64,000 nucleotides of DNA from Roseibacillus sp. (GCA_029242545.1 JAQWTV010000128.1:4817-68816); one strand, 5' to 3'. Shown: positions 37,519 through 46,640, counted from the stretch's first letter. Made by a program: numbers and translations. Notes: generated from the sequence alone by a model not told the origin.

Positions 37519-38784
37519 TCATCGGTCACACTCTCCCATTACAAAATCGAGTGAGCCAAGAATGGTGGGAATATCAGAGACCATGTGGCCAACGAGGAGG
37601 TCGGAAAGAATCGAAAGGTTCACGAAGGAAGGAGCTCGTATTTTCAATCGGTGAGGAACTCCTCCGCCCTTGGAATTGATGTAGAATCCTAATTCGCCCT
37701 TGGGGTTCTCGGCGCCGAAATACACTTCGCCTTCTGGGGCTTCGATTCCCTGAGTCGCGACGATAAAATGGTGGATGAGCTCCTCCATTTTCATCATGAC
37801 TTTTTCTTTTTCTGGCAAGCTGCTCTTGGTATCGGCGACGTTAACGGGACCGTCAGGTAGCGTATCCAGAACTTGCCTGACGATGGAGATCGATTGGCGC
37901 AGCTCTTCCATTCGAACTAGGTAACGGTCATAGCAATCTCCCAGCTCTCCCACAGGGACATCAAACTCATACTGCTCATACCCAAGGTAGGGCCGGTCTT
38001 TCCGCAGGTCACGGCAGGGCCCAGAGGCGCGAAGGTTTGGCCCGGTCAGCCCGTAGGAGATCGCAGTCTCAGCGGATATTATACCCACGTCCTTCGTGCG
38101 GATGAGGAAAATTTTGTTTCTGGTGAGAAGCCTGTCTACTTCATCGACGGTATTTTCACATTCAGTCAGGAAGGAGCGTAAGCTATCAGTAAAGCCCTCC
38201 GGGAGGTCGCGGATCTGGCCGCCAACCCTAGTATAGGAGGTTGTGAACCGGGCGCCCGTGAGTTGCTCTGAGAGGTTATAGATTTTCTCTCTCTCGGTAA
38301 AAGTGTAGAGAAAAACGGTCATTGCACCCACGTCCATTGCGTAGACGCCAACTCCGAGGAGATGAGAGGAGATCCGTGCGATCTCACAGGCGAGAACCCG
38401 AATTGCCTGGCCACGGGGAGGGAGCTCCCATCCCATCAATTTTTCTACGGCGCAGGCATAGGCCACGTTGTTGGCCAAGGGGGCGAGGTAGTCCAGTCGG
38501 TCCGTGTAGGGAACAAACTGGTTGTAGTGCATATTCTCGGCAATTTTCTCGTCACCCCGGTGAAGGAAACCAATATCTGGGTCAGCCTTGGTCACAACCT
38601 CGCCATCCAGTTCGAGAATGAGACGCAGCACCCCGTGGGTGGCGGGGTGAGATGGCCCCATATTGAGGACCATTTTCTCCCCCAGGAGGTCTTCGGTGCC
38701 TGACTGATAGTCGGTTGCAGCCTGCGCCGCTGTCGCGGCCGCATCAGGAACCTCGTAAATCGTTGTGGCAGAGGTCTCGCTCAT
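37519..38784 (-). CDS. nuoD: NADH-quinone oxidoreductase subunit D (not fused to NuoC)
   Basis: LNMGPSHPATHGVLRLILELDGE..., with C-terminal DFVMGECDR. It is the first gene of the cluster, and no nuoA, nuoB or nuoC lies upstream. Confidence 0.93.
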   Translation of the reverse strand: MSETSATTIYEVPDAAATAAQAATDYQSGTEDLLGEKMVLNMGPSHPATHGVLRLILELDGEVVTKADPDIGFLHRGDEKIAENMHYNQFVPYTDRLDYLAPLANNVAYACAVEKLMGWELPPRGQAIRVLACEIARISSHLLGVGVYAMDVGAMTVFLYTFTEREKIYNLSEQLTGARFTTSYTRVGGQIRDLPEGFTDSLRSFLTECENTVDEVDRLLTRNKIFLIRTKDVGIISAETAISYGLTGPNLRASGPCRDLRKDRPYLGYEQYEFDVPVGELGDCYDRYLVRMEELRQSISIVRQVLDTLPDGPVNVADTKSSLPEKEKVMMKMEELIHHFIVATQGIEAPEGEVYFGAENPKGELGFYINSKGGGVPHRLKIRAPSFVNLSILSDLLVGHMVSDIPTILGSLDFVMGECDR

Positions 38785-38828
38785 TGACGGGAGTCACAAG
38801 AATAAGGCCCCAAACAGGACGTTCGCGC

Positions 38829-38860
38829 AAGGACTTTGTGAATTTTTTCACAAAGTCCTT
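38829..38860. promoter_or_regulatory. Perfect 14-bp-arm palindrome AAGGACTTTGTGAA-TTTT-TTCACAAAGTCCTT with a TGTGA-N6-TCACA core, in the divergent nuoD / HDAC-like intergenic region
   Basis: Read directly from the sequence. It is centred ~60 bp upstream of the nuoD start and ~156 bp upstream of the HDAC-like start. Both flanking genes diverge from it, so a terminator role is unlikely. Confidence 0.5.
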
Positions 38861-39000
38861 CTGTGCCAGCAAAGAGGGTTTTATGGGCGAAAATCACCCG
38901 AAACAGACAAGTTTCTATAAACGAGCACCGATATTTAAGAGATCCTAAGTATTGCCAGCAGTGGTTATTTTTGCCAGAATATCCGAGTCTGCTGATTGTT

Positions 39001-39933
39001 ATGGGTTACTCAATGCGCTGCTTCTACTCCCCGGAGTTCTACTTGGATCTTCCGTCGGATCACCCCTATCCCATGCAAAAGTTCCGCATTTCGAAGGATA
39101 TGCTCCTGGAACGCGGAACGGTAAGGCCCGAAGATATCGTGGAAGTGCGCCCGGCGGCAACCCACGTGCTGGAGAGGGCCCATACCCCGGCGTATCTGCA
39201 GAAGATCTATTCAGGCCAGTTGGATCGGAAAGAGCAGATTCAGCTTGGGCTTCCCCTGACTCCTCAACTCTACACTCGAAGTGCTCTTGAGGTGGAGGCA
39301 ACCCGGCTTGCGTGTGAGGCGGCTCTGCAGGATGGCGCCGCAGTTGTTCTGGCCGGAGGAACGCACCATGCCTTCCGGGAACACGGGGAGGGCTATTGCG
39401 TTTTTAACGATATAGCGGTCGCAATCCGTAGCCTGCAGGTCAAGAGGCCTGGAATCAAGGTCATGGTAGTGGATACTGACGCGCATCAGGGAAACGGGAC
39501 AAACAGCCTGCTCGATAACGATCCCAATGTCTTCACGTATTCAATTCACGTCGGACGTAATGACCCGGTGCGCAAGGTGAAGGGGTCAATGGATGTTGAG
39601 ACCGTGCGGTATGTCGAGGGAGAGATGTACTTGAAGCAGCTTTTCTCGACCCTGGCTGCGGCAATGGACGTTTTCTCCCCAGACCTTGTTATCTGGATCG
39701 CAGGGGCGGATAACCATCGCAATGATCAGCTCGGGCAAATGATGCTCACAGTGAAAGATATTCAGAGACGAGATGAGGTCATCCTTGGGGCCATGCTCCG
39801 GAATCGCATCCCGATCGCATTACTCTATGGTGGGGGCTACAACCGTCAGCCGGAATATACAGCAAAATTGCACCGGAACACGGTTGTGACAGCCAAGCGG
39901 ATTCTTGGTGAGGTGCAAGGGCTTGTGTCCTGA
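39001..39933 (+). CDS. Histone deacetylase-family (class I/II HDAC / acetylpolyamine amidohydrolase-like) protein
   Basis: GGTHHAFREHGEGYCVFNDIAVAI and VVDTDAHQGNGT. The track ORF starts at 38863, whereas ATG 39001 (MGYSMRCFYSPEF...) gives a typical N-terminus. Confidence 0.85.
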   Translation: MGYSMRCFYSPEFYLDLPSDHPYPMQKFRISKDMLLERGTVRPEDIVEVRPAATHVLERAHTPAYLQKIYSGQLDRKEQIQLGLPLTPQLYTRSALEVEATRLACEAALQDGAAVVLAGGTHHAFREHGEGYCVFNDIAVAIRSLQVKRPGIKVMVVDTDAHQGNGTNSLLDNDPNVFTYSIHVGRNDPVRKVKGSMDVETVRYVEGEMYLKQLFSTLAAAMDVFSPDLVIWIAGADNHRNDQLGQMMLTVKDIQRRDEVILGAMLRNRIPIALLYGGGYNRQPEYTAKLHRNTVVTAKRILGEVQGLVS

Positions 39934-39937
39934 GATC

Positions 39938-40855
39938 GTGCGCCGAATCGCGATTGTCGGGTCAGGGGCAATTGGTTGCTACTATGGTGCGCGGCTTGTA
40001 GCTGCGGGCATGGATGTAAGGTTCCTCGCGCGTTCTGGCTATTTGGCCCTCAGGGAAAAGGGTCTCGGGGTCAAAAGTCCGGATGGCGATCTTGAACTAG
40101 GTTCGGTTCAGGCCTTCCGGTCGGCTGAGGACATCGGTCCAGTGGATCTCGTTGTCCTTGCGTGGAAAACCACCTCGAATGGATCATGTCGCGAGGTAAT
40201 TAGCCCATTACTGCACGAGGGGACGGTGATTCTGGCTCTCCAAAACGGACTCGGGACTACCGAGTATCTTGCAGAAACCTTTGGAGAAGATCGAATTTAT
40301 GGAGGGCTCTGCTTCGTCTGTATCAATCGTCTCGCCCCTAACCGGATCAACCATATCGCCCAGGGACTGGTCACAATTGGCGACTTCAATGGAGCTGATC
40401 CGGAGCGGCTAGAACAGCTGGTATCTCTCTTCGCGAATGCGCAAATTCCCTGCAGGGCGGTAGAGGACCTGCCAACTGCTCAGTGGGTCAAGCTGATTTG
40501 GAATGTGAGTTTCAATGGGCTTTGTATCACCGAAGGTGGGGTCACCACTGAACAGTTACTTGCGAGTGCGGAAGGGGAATCCCGAGTCAGGAAGATCATG
40601 GGAGAGGTTATAGATGGAGCGACTGCGTTGGGGATGGACATACCCGCCAGTATCATTGATGAGCAGGTTGTATCCACGCGGGAGATGGGCTCATACCGTC
40701 CTTCAAGTCTAATCGATTACCTTGAGGGACGTGAGGTCGAGCTCCAGGCCATCTGGGCTGAGCCACTGGGCAGAGCGGAGAGGGCAGGAGCTCGTCTGCC
40801 TGCCTGGAATCAATTGCTCGCAGACCTTAGGACACGTCTCGCGGAGCGGGTCTGA
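39938..40855 (+). CDS. 2-dehydropantoate 2-reductase-like (ApbA/PanE family) oxidoreductase
   Basis: Rossmann N-terminus RRIAIVGSGAIGCYYGARL and the LQNGLG motif. The likely GTG start at 39938 sits just after the HDAC-like stop. The track start 39905 overlaps the HDAC gene. Confidence 0.7.
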   Translation: MRRIAIVGSGAIGCYYGARLVAAGMDVRFLARSGYLALREKGLGVKSPDGDLELGSVQAFRSAEDIGPVDLVVLAWKTTSNGSCREVISPLLHEGTVILALQNGLGTTEYLAETFGEDRIYGGLCFVCINRLAPNRINHIAQGLVTIGDFNGADPERLEQLVSLFANAQIPCRAVEDLPTAQWVKLIWNVSFNGLCITEGGVTTEQLLASAEGESRVRKIMGEVIDGATALGMDIPASIIDEQVVSTREMGSYRPSSLIDYLEGREVELQAIWAEPLGRAERAGARLPAWNQLLADLRTRLAERV

Positions 40856-41297
40856 GTGCTGAATCTCGATCTCCATCCGATTCGGGCTCTCCAGGGTCAA
40901 GTCCGCCTGCCACCATGCCCTTGGGGAGATAAGGGTCGAGAAATGCTTCGGTGAATTCGTAATGGTTAGCGAAATCTTCGCGCGTATCAGAATCTTGTTT
41001 GCCGAACATGCCCTCCTCGATCAGCTCGAAAACCATGTCTCCCACATCGGAGCACTGCGCGACGCCCCATTCCTGAAGCAGAGTCAGGGCCATTGGCCCA
41101 AACTCCTGCAGAGCGTGGTCACGAAACCCAAGAATAAGTTCAGCGCCGCTTACGTGGCGCTCTTCGCCATGCTCCTCACGAGTTCGTTTCAGAGTGAAGT
41201 CCAGAGCGTCCTTGAGGAGAAAGTAGGCCCCCGCCTCAAACCGCGTTTCACGCTCGAGAATTTTTTCAACCGCAGTGTCAAATCGCAATGCCTGCAT
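40827..41297 (-). CDS. Small conserved hypothetical protein (resembles the Planctomycetes/Verrucomicrobia 'Minf_1886' family), last gene of the PBP operon
   Basis: 156-aa ORF starting 15 nt after the upstream PBP-like gene ends. It has coherent coding character, and the family assignment is from memory only. Its 3' end overlaps the panE-like 3' end by 29 nt. Confidence 0.55.
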   Translation of the reverse strand: MQALRFDTAVEKILERETRFEAGAYFLLKDALDFTLKRTREEHGEERHVSGAELILGFRDHALQEFGPMALTLLQEWGVAQCSDVGDMVFELIEEGMFGKQDSDTREDFANHYEFTEAFLDPYLPKGMVAGGLDPGEPESDGDRDSALRPAPRDVS

Positions 41298-41312
41298 GAT
41301 GTCTAAGTAAGG

Positions 41313-43157
41313 TTATTTTTTGGCTGGGGACGCTGAAGCCAGTTTCGGTTGAGCGGCTCCCAAACGCTGGATGGAATCTTTGAGTGTTGAAAGAAGTATA
41401 TCGGGTGAGTCAAGGCGGGTCGGCGTATCGTAACCAATCCAGAGGCAGGTGGTATGCTCCGATCCGAGCCATACAGCCCAAGCATCGGTTTTTGATAGGC
41501 TAGTCCCCAGAAGGAATGGGGATTGATCATCGGGAAAATGGGTCTCCAGAGCGGCTCTCATCGAGGCCGGCGCAAACGCAGATTTGGCCGAGGGCTCAAT
41601 TGAGAGAATTTGATTTCCACCTGCATCGAGCAACTGACGAAGGAAGTATGTGCGGGGTTTTTGCCCCTTAGCTGTCAGGGCTGCTGATGCGGCAGCAACT
41701 TCAAGAGGGGTGGCGCTGACTCCACCCCTGAATAAATCATCTCCCTCGAGGAAAGGCCCCCTGAATCCAAATCTTTCCGCCAATCTGATGAGGTCTTCCG
41801 TTCCAAGTTCTCGGCCTAGTGTCACTGGTTGCCCTTGTCTTGGTTCAATACCTCTTTCTGCTGCGGCGGCATAAACAAAGGGGGTGAAAATCTCCCCGAG
41901 GTCGCGTCGAGCATCGAGGGCTCGGTTGAAGGAGGTGTTCCCGGTTGCGCGGCCTCCTACGATACCTCTGATTCCACCGGTTCTAGTGTCGATGCAAACG
42001 GCGGCAATCTCGGGAGATCCGGGGATTTTTTCCAGGAGTGCTTGTGCTTCTGCCTCGAGGAGCTCCTGCGTGTTGGAACTGATCGTGCTCTGGAGACGGA
42101 GGCCTCCATTGCGAATATCCCTCGCGTCGATGAGTTCCTCAAAGTGGCGACGAACAGCTTGCAGTGCCCGATTTCCTCCTGTGGAGCCCCCGGCGGGACT
42201 AAGGCCGAGATCGCTGGATTGGATTCTTGAAGCCTCTTCCGGGCTGAGGCTCTTCTCAGTTACCATACGGGCAAGGACTTCGTCCTGCTGGTGAGTGGCT
42301 TTTTCCAGCGCTCGTAAGGGTGAGCAGGCATGTGGGGCACGAATGATTCCGACCAGGAGTGCACACTGGCGGCTCGTAAGGTCGGTTGCACTTACCCCAA
42401 AGTAGCGCCGAGAAGCCTCCTCCAGACCGTGACAGCCTGATCCGAAATAGATTCGATTGACATAGGCGGAGAGAATCTCGTCCTTCGAGTAAGAGGCCTC
42501 GATCCGTAGCGCGATTGCAATTTCTACCAGCTTTCGGTGCAGGCTTTTCTCTCGGAGATTGAAGCTGTTACGGGCGAGCTGCATGGTCAGAGTTGAGGCC
42601 CCCTGAGTAAAGGACATGTCCGAGGCGTTGCGCATGGTTGCTCGCAGGATGCCTCGAATATCGACCCCGCTATGAGTGAAGAAGCGCTTGTCTTCGCGTG
42701 CTTCCAGGGCGGAAACAAAGAAATCGGGTATTTCCATGCGAGAAATAAGGCGCCGGTTCTCTCCGTGGAGAGTAGCCAGTTCCTTGCCATCGATGTCGAA
42801 AATGACCGAACGTTCGGGCATCTTCTGTATTTCGCCGATATCGTAACTGAGCGACGCGGTGAAGTAGAAGGCGCCAACACCAATAATCAGTATGATACAG
42901 ATCATTGCCGTGCGGAACCCGGAGCGAAGGATTTTCCCCGCCCATGGTGGCAGCCACTGAGGGGGAATTGATTTCCGTTGGGCAGGTTTCCAGCTGGAAT
43001 CGTTTTCGGTGCCGTTGCCCTCTATGGACTCTCCAGTGAATCCAGGTGCCTCATCAGGCTGGTCTCCAGCGTCGCCTCGCGCTGTTTGCGTTCCTTCGGC
43101 CTCTGAAGAGGGCTGCCGGGCTGATGGGGCGTCGGACATTGGATAGCGGGTTGGCAA
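41313..43157 (-). CDS. Class-A PBP-like protein with an intact GT51 glycosyltransferase domain and a degenerate (non-catalytic) transpeptidase domain
   Basis: The GT51 motifs EDKRFFTHSGVD, GASTLTMQLARN and RKLVEIAIALRIE...YFGSG are intact. At the SxxK position it has GEIFTPFVY, and at the KTG position it has LGTSLSKTDAW. It has an acidic ~80-aa N-terminal tail and one TM helix. Confidence 0.85.
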   Translation of the reverse strand: MPTRYPMSDAPSARQPSSEAEGTQTARGDAGDQPDEAPGFTGESIEGNGTENDSSWKPAQRKSIPPQWLPPWAGKILRSGFRTAMICIILIIGVGAFYFTASLSYDIGEIQKMPERSVIFDIDGKELATLHGENRRLISRMEIPDFFVSALEAREDKRFFTHSGVDIRGILRATMRNASDMSFTQGASTLTMQLARNSFNLREKSLHRKLVEIAIALRIEASYSKDEILSAYVNRIYFGSGCHGLEEASRRYFGVSATDLTSRQCALLVGIIRAPHACSPLRALEKATHQQDEVLARMVTEKSLSPEEASRIQSSDLGLSPAGGSTGGNRALQAVRRHFEELIDARDIRNGGLRLQSTISSNTQELLEAEAQALLEKIPGSPEIAAVCIDTRTGGIRGIVGGRATGNTSFNRALDARRDLGEIFTPFVYAAAAERGIEPRQGQPVTLGRELGTEDLIRLAERFGFRGPFLEGDDLFRGGVSATPLEVAAASAALTAKGQKPRTYFLRQLLDAGGNQILSIEPSAKSAFAPASMRAALETHFPDDQSPFLLGTSLSKTDAWAVWLGSEHTTCLWIGYDTPTRLDSPDILLSTLKDSIQRLGAAQPKLASASPAKK

Positions 43158-43189
43158 GAAGATGACCTCTGCCGGAGATCAAGAGGCGT

Positions 43190-45487
43190 CTACTCCACTG
43201 GGATCGCTCTCAGGGGGTGCTTGGGGCAGAAATCGGTGGCGTGCGGTTCGAGATCGACGGGGATGAAATCGTCGTAGGCTGTCTTTGCCTTTTCGCATCC
43301 CGGGGTCGCATGTTTGCCCGAGGATCGACAGAGTCGGACGGAGTTCATTTCCACAGGAGGTGTAAAGCTGCTGAATTCGTATCTTCCCAGCCGGTCGGCG
43401 GTTTTCATAACTCTGACCCATATGGGGAGCGCGAGGTCTGCCCCGTAACCTCCTTCCACGATGGGCTTAGGTTGATCGAGTCCCACCCACACGGCGCAGG
43501 TTAGACTGGATGAATATCCAACAAACCATGCGTCTTGATATCCATCAGTCGTCCCCGTCTTTCCTCCGGCCGGGCGCTGAAAGCCGAGTTGGCGCCGCAT
43601 GCTCGAGGCTGTTCCTGACCGGGTAGTGTCTTCGAGAACGGATGAAGTCGTCCATGCAGCTCCCTTTCTGTCGACTGCCTCATAGCCTAGCGGCTTGTGG
43701 GCCCAGAGTTCCTTTCCGTCCCGATCCAGAATTCTACTTACAAAGTGCGGGCCGTAACGCGTCCCTGCATTGGGGAAAATAGTATAAGCGCTTGCAACCT
43801 GTTCGGGTGTTGCCTCCCACGAGCCAAGATATGATGATGCCTTGCTGGGAATGGTAATGGCGAAGGAGCGGTGGGCTAGGGAACGAACGCTTTCCATTCC
43901 CGCGTAATTGCCAATACGGACAGAGGATGTATTGCGGGAATTCATCAAGGCCTCTCTTGCTGTTACAGTAGGTAAATACTTGTCGTCCGAGTTTCTTGGG
44001 TCCCAGTCCCGGGGCGCATACCTGATCTGCCCGGGTTTGATTCTCGAGTCATCTACGAAGGACCCGGGACGCATCCCCTTGTCGAAGGCGGCAAGATATA
44101 CGAAGGGTTTAAACACAGACCCCACCTGGCGGCGGGCATGAATAGCGCGGTTGAATTTCGACTCATCTGCGTCCCGTCCACCGACGATACAGCGGATTGC
44201 ACCGGTGCCGTTCTCTACAACCACAATCGCGCCCTGGAGGTAGTCAGGAGCTTTCCGTTGGCCCGGGGGCGTGGACTGCCAATTGCTGCGTGTGTTGTGA
44301 CGGTAACCGGGGCGCCTTTCGATTTCGCTGAGTTTGGAGTTGAGATGGCGCTCAGCGGATTCTTGGAGATCCTTGTCAATCGTGGTGATGATCTTAAGTC
44401 CACCTTGTTTGATGTATTTCTTCTCAAGGTGGCGCTCAATATCCCGCCTAATCGCATCTAGGGCGTAGGTGTCTTCAATAATACGGCGATTTTCCGGACG
44501 GATATGGAGGGGTTCAGCCTTCGCGGCTTTAGATTCCAGATCAGTAATGAAGCTGTTCGCAACCATCGAATCCAGAGTCGAATTTCTCTCCTTCTTCGTA
44601 TTTTCGACATCGTCGAAGGGAGAAAATGCATTGGGTCCGCGAATGATCCCCGCCAGCATCGCTGCTTCGGACAGGGTAAGGTCTTCAGCAGATTTTTCGA
44701 GGTAAGCCCGCGAGGCTGCTTCTACACCGTGAATGGATCCTCCCCAGAATATGAGATTCATGTAGTGCTGCATGATCTCGTCTTTTTCGTAAGCGTCCTC
44801 GATCCGAAAGGCGAGGGCGAGCTCGAGGAACTTGCGGTCAAGTTGTTGCCACTTGGGTCCCCTGGTGGGTAACCGGAAAGCGTTTCGTGCCAGTTGCATT
44901 GTGAGAGTCGAGGCTCCCTGGGCGAACGATTTCCGCTTAATGTTTTCTACGATGGAGCGGGCGACACCCCGCGGATCCACGCCGCGGTGCTGGTAAAAGT
45001 TCTTGTCTTCACGAGCAAGAAGAGCTCTGCGAAAGTGGGGGGAGACCTCCGCCAGATTAACGACGTGACGATGAGCTCCATGCAGGCGTCCGAGTTCCTT
45101 CATGTTTCTGTCGTAAATAATTGACCGCTGAGGCATTTCAGCCACTTGACTCATGTCGTATCTGAAAGATCTCAGAAAGTAGAAGAGTCCGCCCAGAATA
45201 AGTAATGTAATTGCTCCGCAAGCTCCGTAGGAGATCCCCTTAGCTGGGATCCGGAGAAGGCCAGGCCAGTTGCCCACAAGTCGATTGATGATGAGATAAG
45301 GCCAGAATAAGAATACGAAAAGTGGGCTATGACCTCCACCTGCTTTTCGCTTTCCCTTTGCTCCAGGCCTGCGGGACCTCGTCTTCGTGCGAGCTGTTTT
45401 TCGTGTCCGCTTACGAGATGGTTTCCGCCGCGCCGAGTGAGGTCTTTGGCGAGCGGGCGCTTTCTTTCTTGGTCTGCGACTGGACAT
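43190..45487 (-). CDS. mrcA: Penicillin-binding protein 1A (bifunctional transglycosylase/transpeptidase)
   Basis: GT51 motifs are EDKNFYQHRGVD and GASTLTMQLARN. Transpeptidase motifs are GSVFKPFVY (SxxK) and GKTGTTDGYQDAWFVGY (KTG). It has a ~55-aa Arg/Lys-rich N-terminal tail. Confidence 0.9.
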   Translation of the reverse strand: MSSRRPRKKAPARQRPHSARRKPSRKRTRKTARTKTRSRRPGAKGKRKAGGGHSPLFVFLFWPYLIINRLVGNWPGLLRIPAKGISYGACGAITLLILGGLFYFLRSFRYDMSQVAEMPQRSIIYDRNMKELGRLHGAHRHVVNLAEVSPHFRRALLAREDKNFYQHRGVDPRGVARSIVENIKRKSFAQGASTLTMQLARNAFRLPTRGPKWQQLDRKFLELALAFRIEDAYEKDEIMQHYMNLIFWGGSIHGVEAASRAYLEKSAEDLTLSEAAMLAGIIRGPNAFSPFDDVENTKKERNSTLDSMVANSFITDLESKAAKAEPLHIRPENRRIIEDTYALDAIRRDIERHLEKKYIKQGGLKIITTIDKDLQESAERHLNSKLSEIERRPGYRHNTRSNWQSTPPGQRKAPDYLQGAIVVVENGTGAIRCIVGGRDADESKFNRAIHARRQVGSVFKPFVYLAAFDKGMRPGSFVDDSRIKPGQIRYAPRDWDPRNSDDKYLPTVTAREALMNSRNTSSVRIGNYAGMESVRSLAHRSFAITIPSKASSYLGSWEATPEQVASAYTIFPNAGTRYGPHFVSRILDRDGKELWAHKPLGYEAVDRKGAAWTTSSVLEDTTRSGTASSMRRQLGFQRPAGGKTGTTDGYQDAWFVGYSSSLTCAVWVGLDQPKPIVEGGYGADLALPIWVRVMKTADRLGRYEFSSFTPPVEMNSVRLCRSSGKHATPGCEKAKTAYDDFIPVDLEPHATDFCPKHPLRAIPVE

Positions 45488-45621
45488 CCCGGAAAAGGAG
45501 AGGCAATGGAGCGTGGTTGTGGCTAATCGGCTGTTTTTTCGAAGCTTTTGATTCGGCAGACCAGATTAGACGAAAACTACTGATATTGACGCTTTCTGGG
45601 TAAGCATCATATTTCACAGCG

Positions 45622-46623
45622 ATGAAACTAGCAAGTTCGGGGGCTCCAATATCTTTAATTCTGTCGATCGCGTTGATCTTCTCGGGGATGGCTGCTGGAG
45701 AGTCCGCTACCAGTCCGGAGCAACTGCGAGCACTTCAGAGCAAGGTGCACGATGTTGCAGGGAGAGGGTTGACTGCGACCGTATCGCTCTTTTCAGAGGC
45801 AAGTGAATCTTCTGGCAGCGGCGTAATAATCTCAAGAAGCGGACTGATCCTTACTGCGGGGCATGTCGTTGAAGGTTTGGAGGAAGTGACAGTGGTTTTT
45901 TCCGATGGTAAGCAGGCAGCGGGCAAAGTGCTCGGGTCCAATCTTTCGAAAGACGCCGCCATGGTAAAGCTGGAGGGAGACCTGGAATGGCCATTCGTCG
46001 AGCTGGGGGACTCGAGAGGAGTTGAGGTTGGCGATTTTGTTGTATCCCTTGGTCACGCTGGAGGGTTTGATGCCCTTCGCACCCCGCCAGTAAGGTTTGG
46101 ACGGGTTGTGGCGCTCAATCCGCTCGGATTTATTGGAAGTGACTGCGCTCTCATTGGAGGTGATTCAGGAGGGCCGCTCTTTAATCTCGAGGGGGAGGTA
46201 ATCGCCATTCACTCGTCCATCGGAGCGAGTCTGAGAGCCAATAATCATACCGGGGTGCAGAACTTCAAGGCGGACTGGGAGCGGCTGATAAATGGGGAGA
46301 CATGGGGGAGATTAACAATGAATCCATTGATGAACCCTGACCGACCGGTAATTGGCTTCAATGTGGCGGGCGCCGTTGAAGGAGGGGTTCGACTTGGAGA
46401 AGTCTATCCCGATTCGCCTGCTGATGTGGCAGGGATACGTCAGGGAGATATCGTTGTCAGCATTGACGGTAAGCCCGTTGAGAGTCTGCGGGGATTACAG
46501 GGAATACTATCGGGGTATGAACCGGGGAATGAGGTGGAATTGACCTTCAATCGTGAGGGTGAAAGCAGAACCTGCAGTATCAAGTTGGCTCGTCTGGCTG
46601 ATGTGATGCCCGAACAGAAATAG
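45622..46623 (+). CDS. S1C (HtrA/DegP-like) trypsin-fold serine protease with a PDZ domain
   Basis: Signal peptide present. The triad contexts are TAGHVVEG, DAAMVKL and GGDSGGPLF. The PDZ motif is GIRQGDIVVSIDGKPV. Confidence 0.85.
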   Translation: MKLASSGAPISLILSIALIFSGMAAGESATSPEQLRALQSKVHDVAGRGLTATVSLFSEASESSGSGVIISRSGLILTAGHVVEGLEEVTVVFSDGKQAAGKVLGSNLSKDAAMVKLEGDLEWPFVELGDSRGVEVGDFVVSLGHAGGFDALRTPPVRFGRVVALNPLGFIGSDCALIGGDSGGPLFNLEGEVIAIHSSIGASLRANNHTGVQNFKADWERLINGETWGRLTMNPLMNPDRPVIGFNVAGAVEGGVRLGEVYPDSPADVAGIRQGDIVVSIDGKPVESLRGLQGILSGYEPGNEVELTFNREGESRTCSIKLARLADVMPEQK

Positions 46624-46640
46624 GCTACTCGATTGGAAGC

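Noticed and set aside
40827-40855. 29-nt convergent overlap between the panE-like gene and the small conserved ORF
   Set aside because: This is most simply a tolerated 3'-3' overlap or slight C-terminal extension, with no additional structure seen. It is noted only as an annotation detail.
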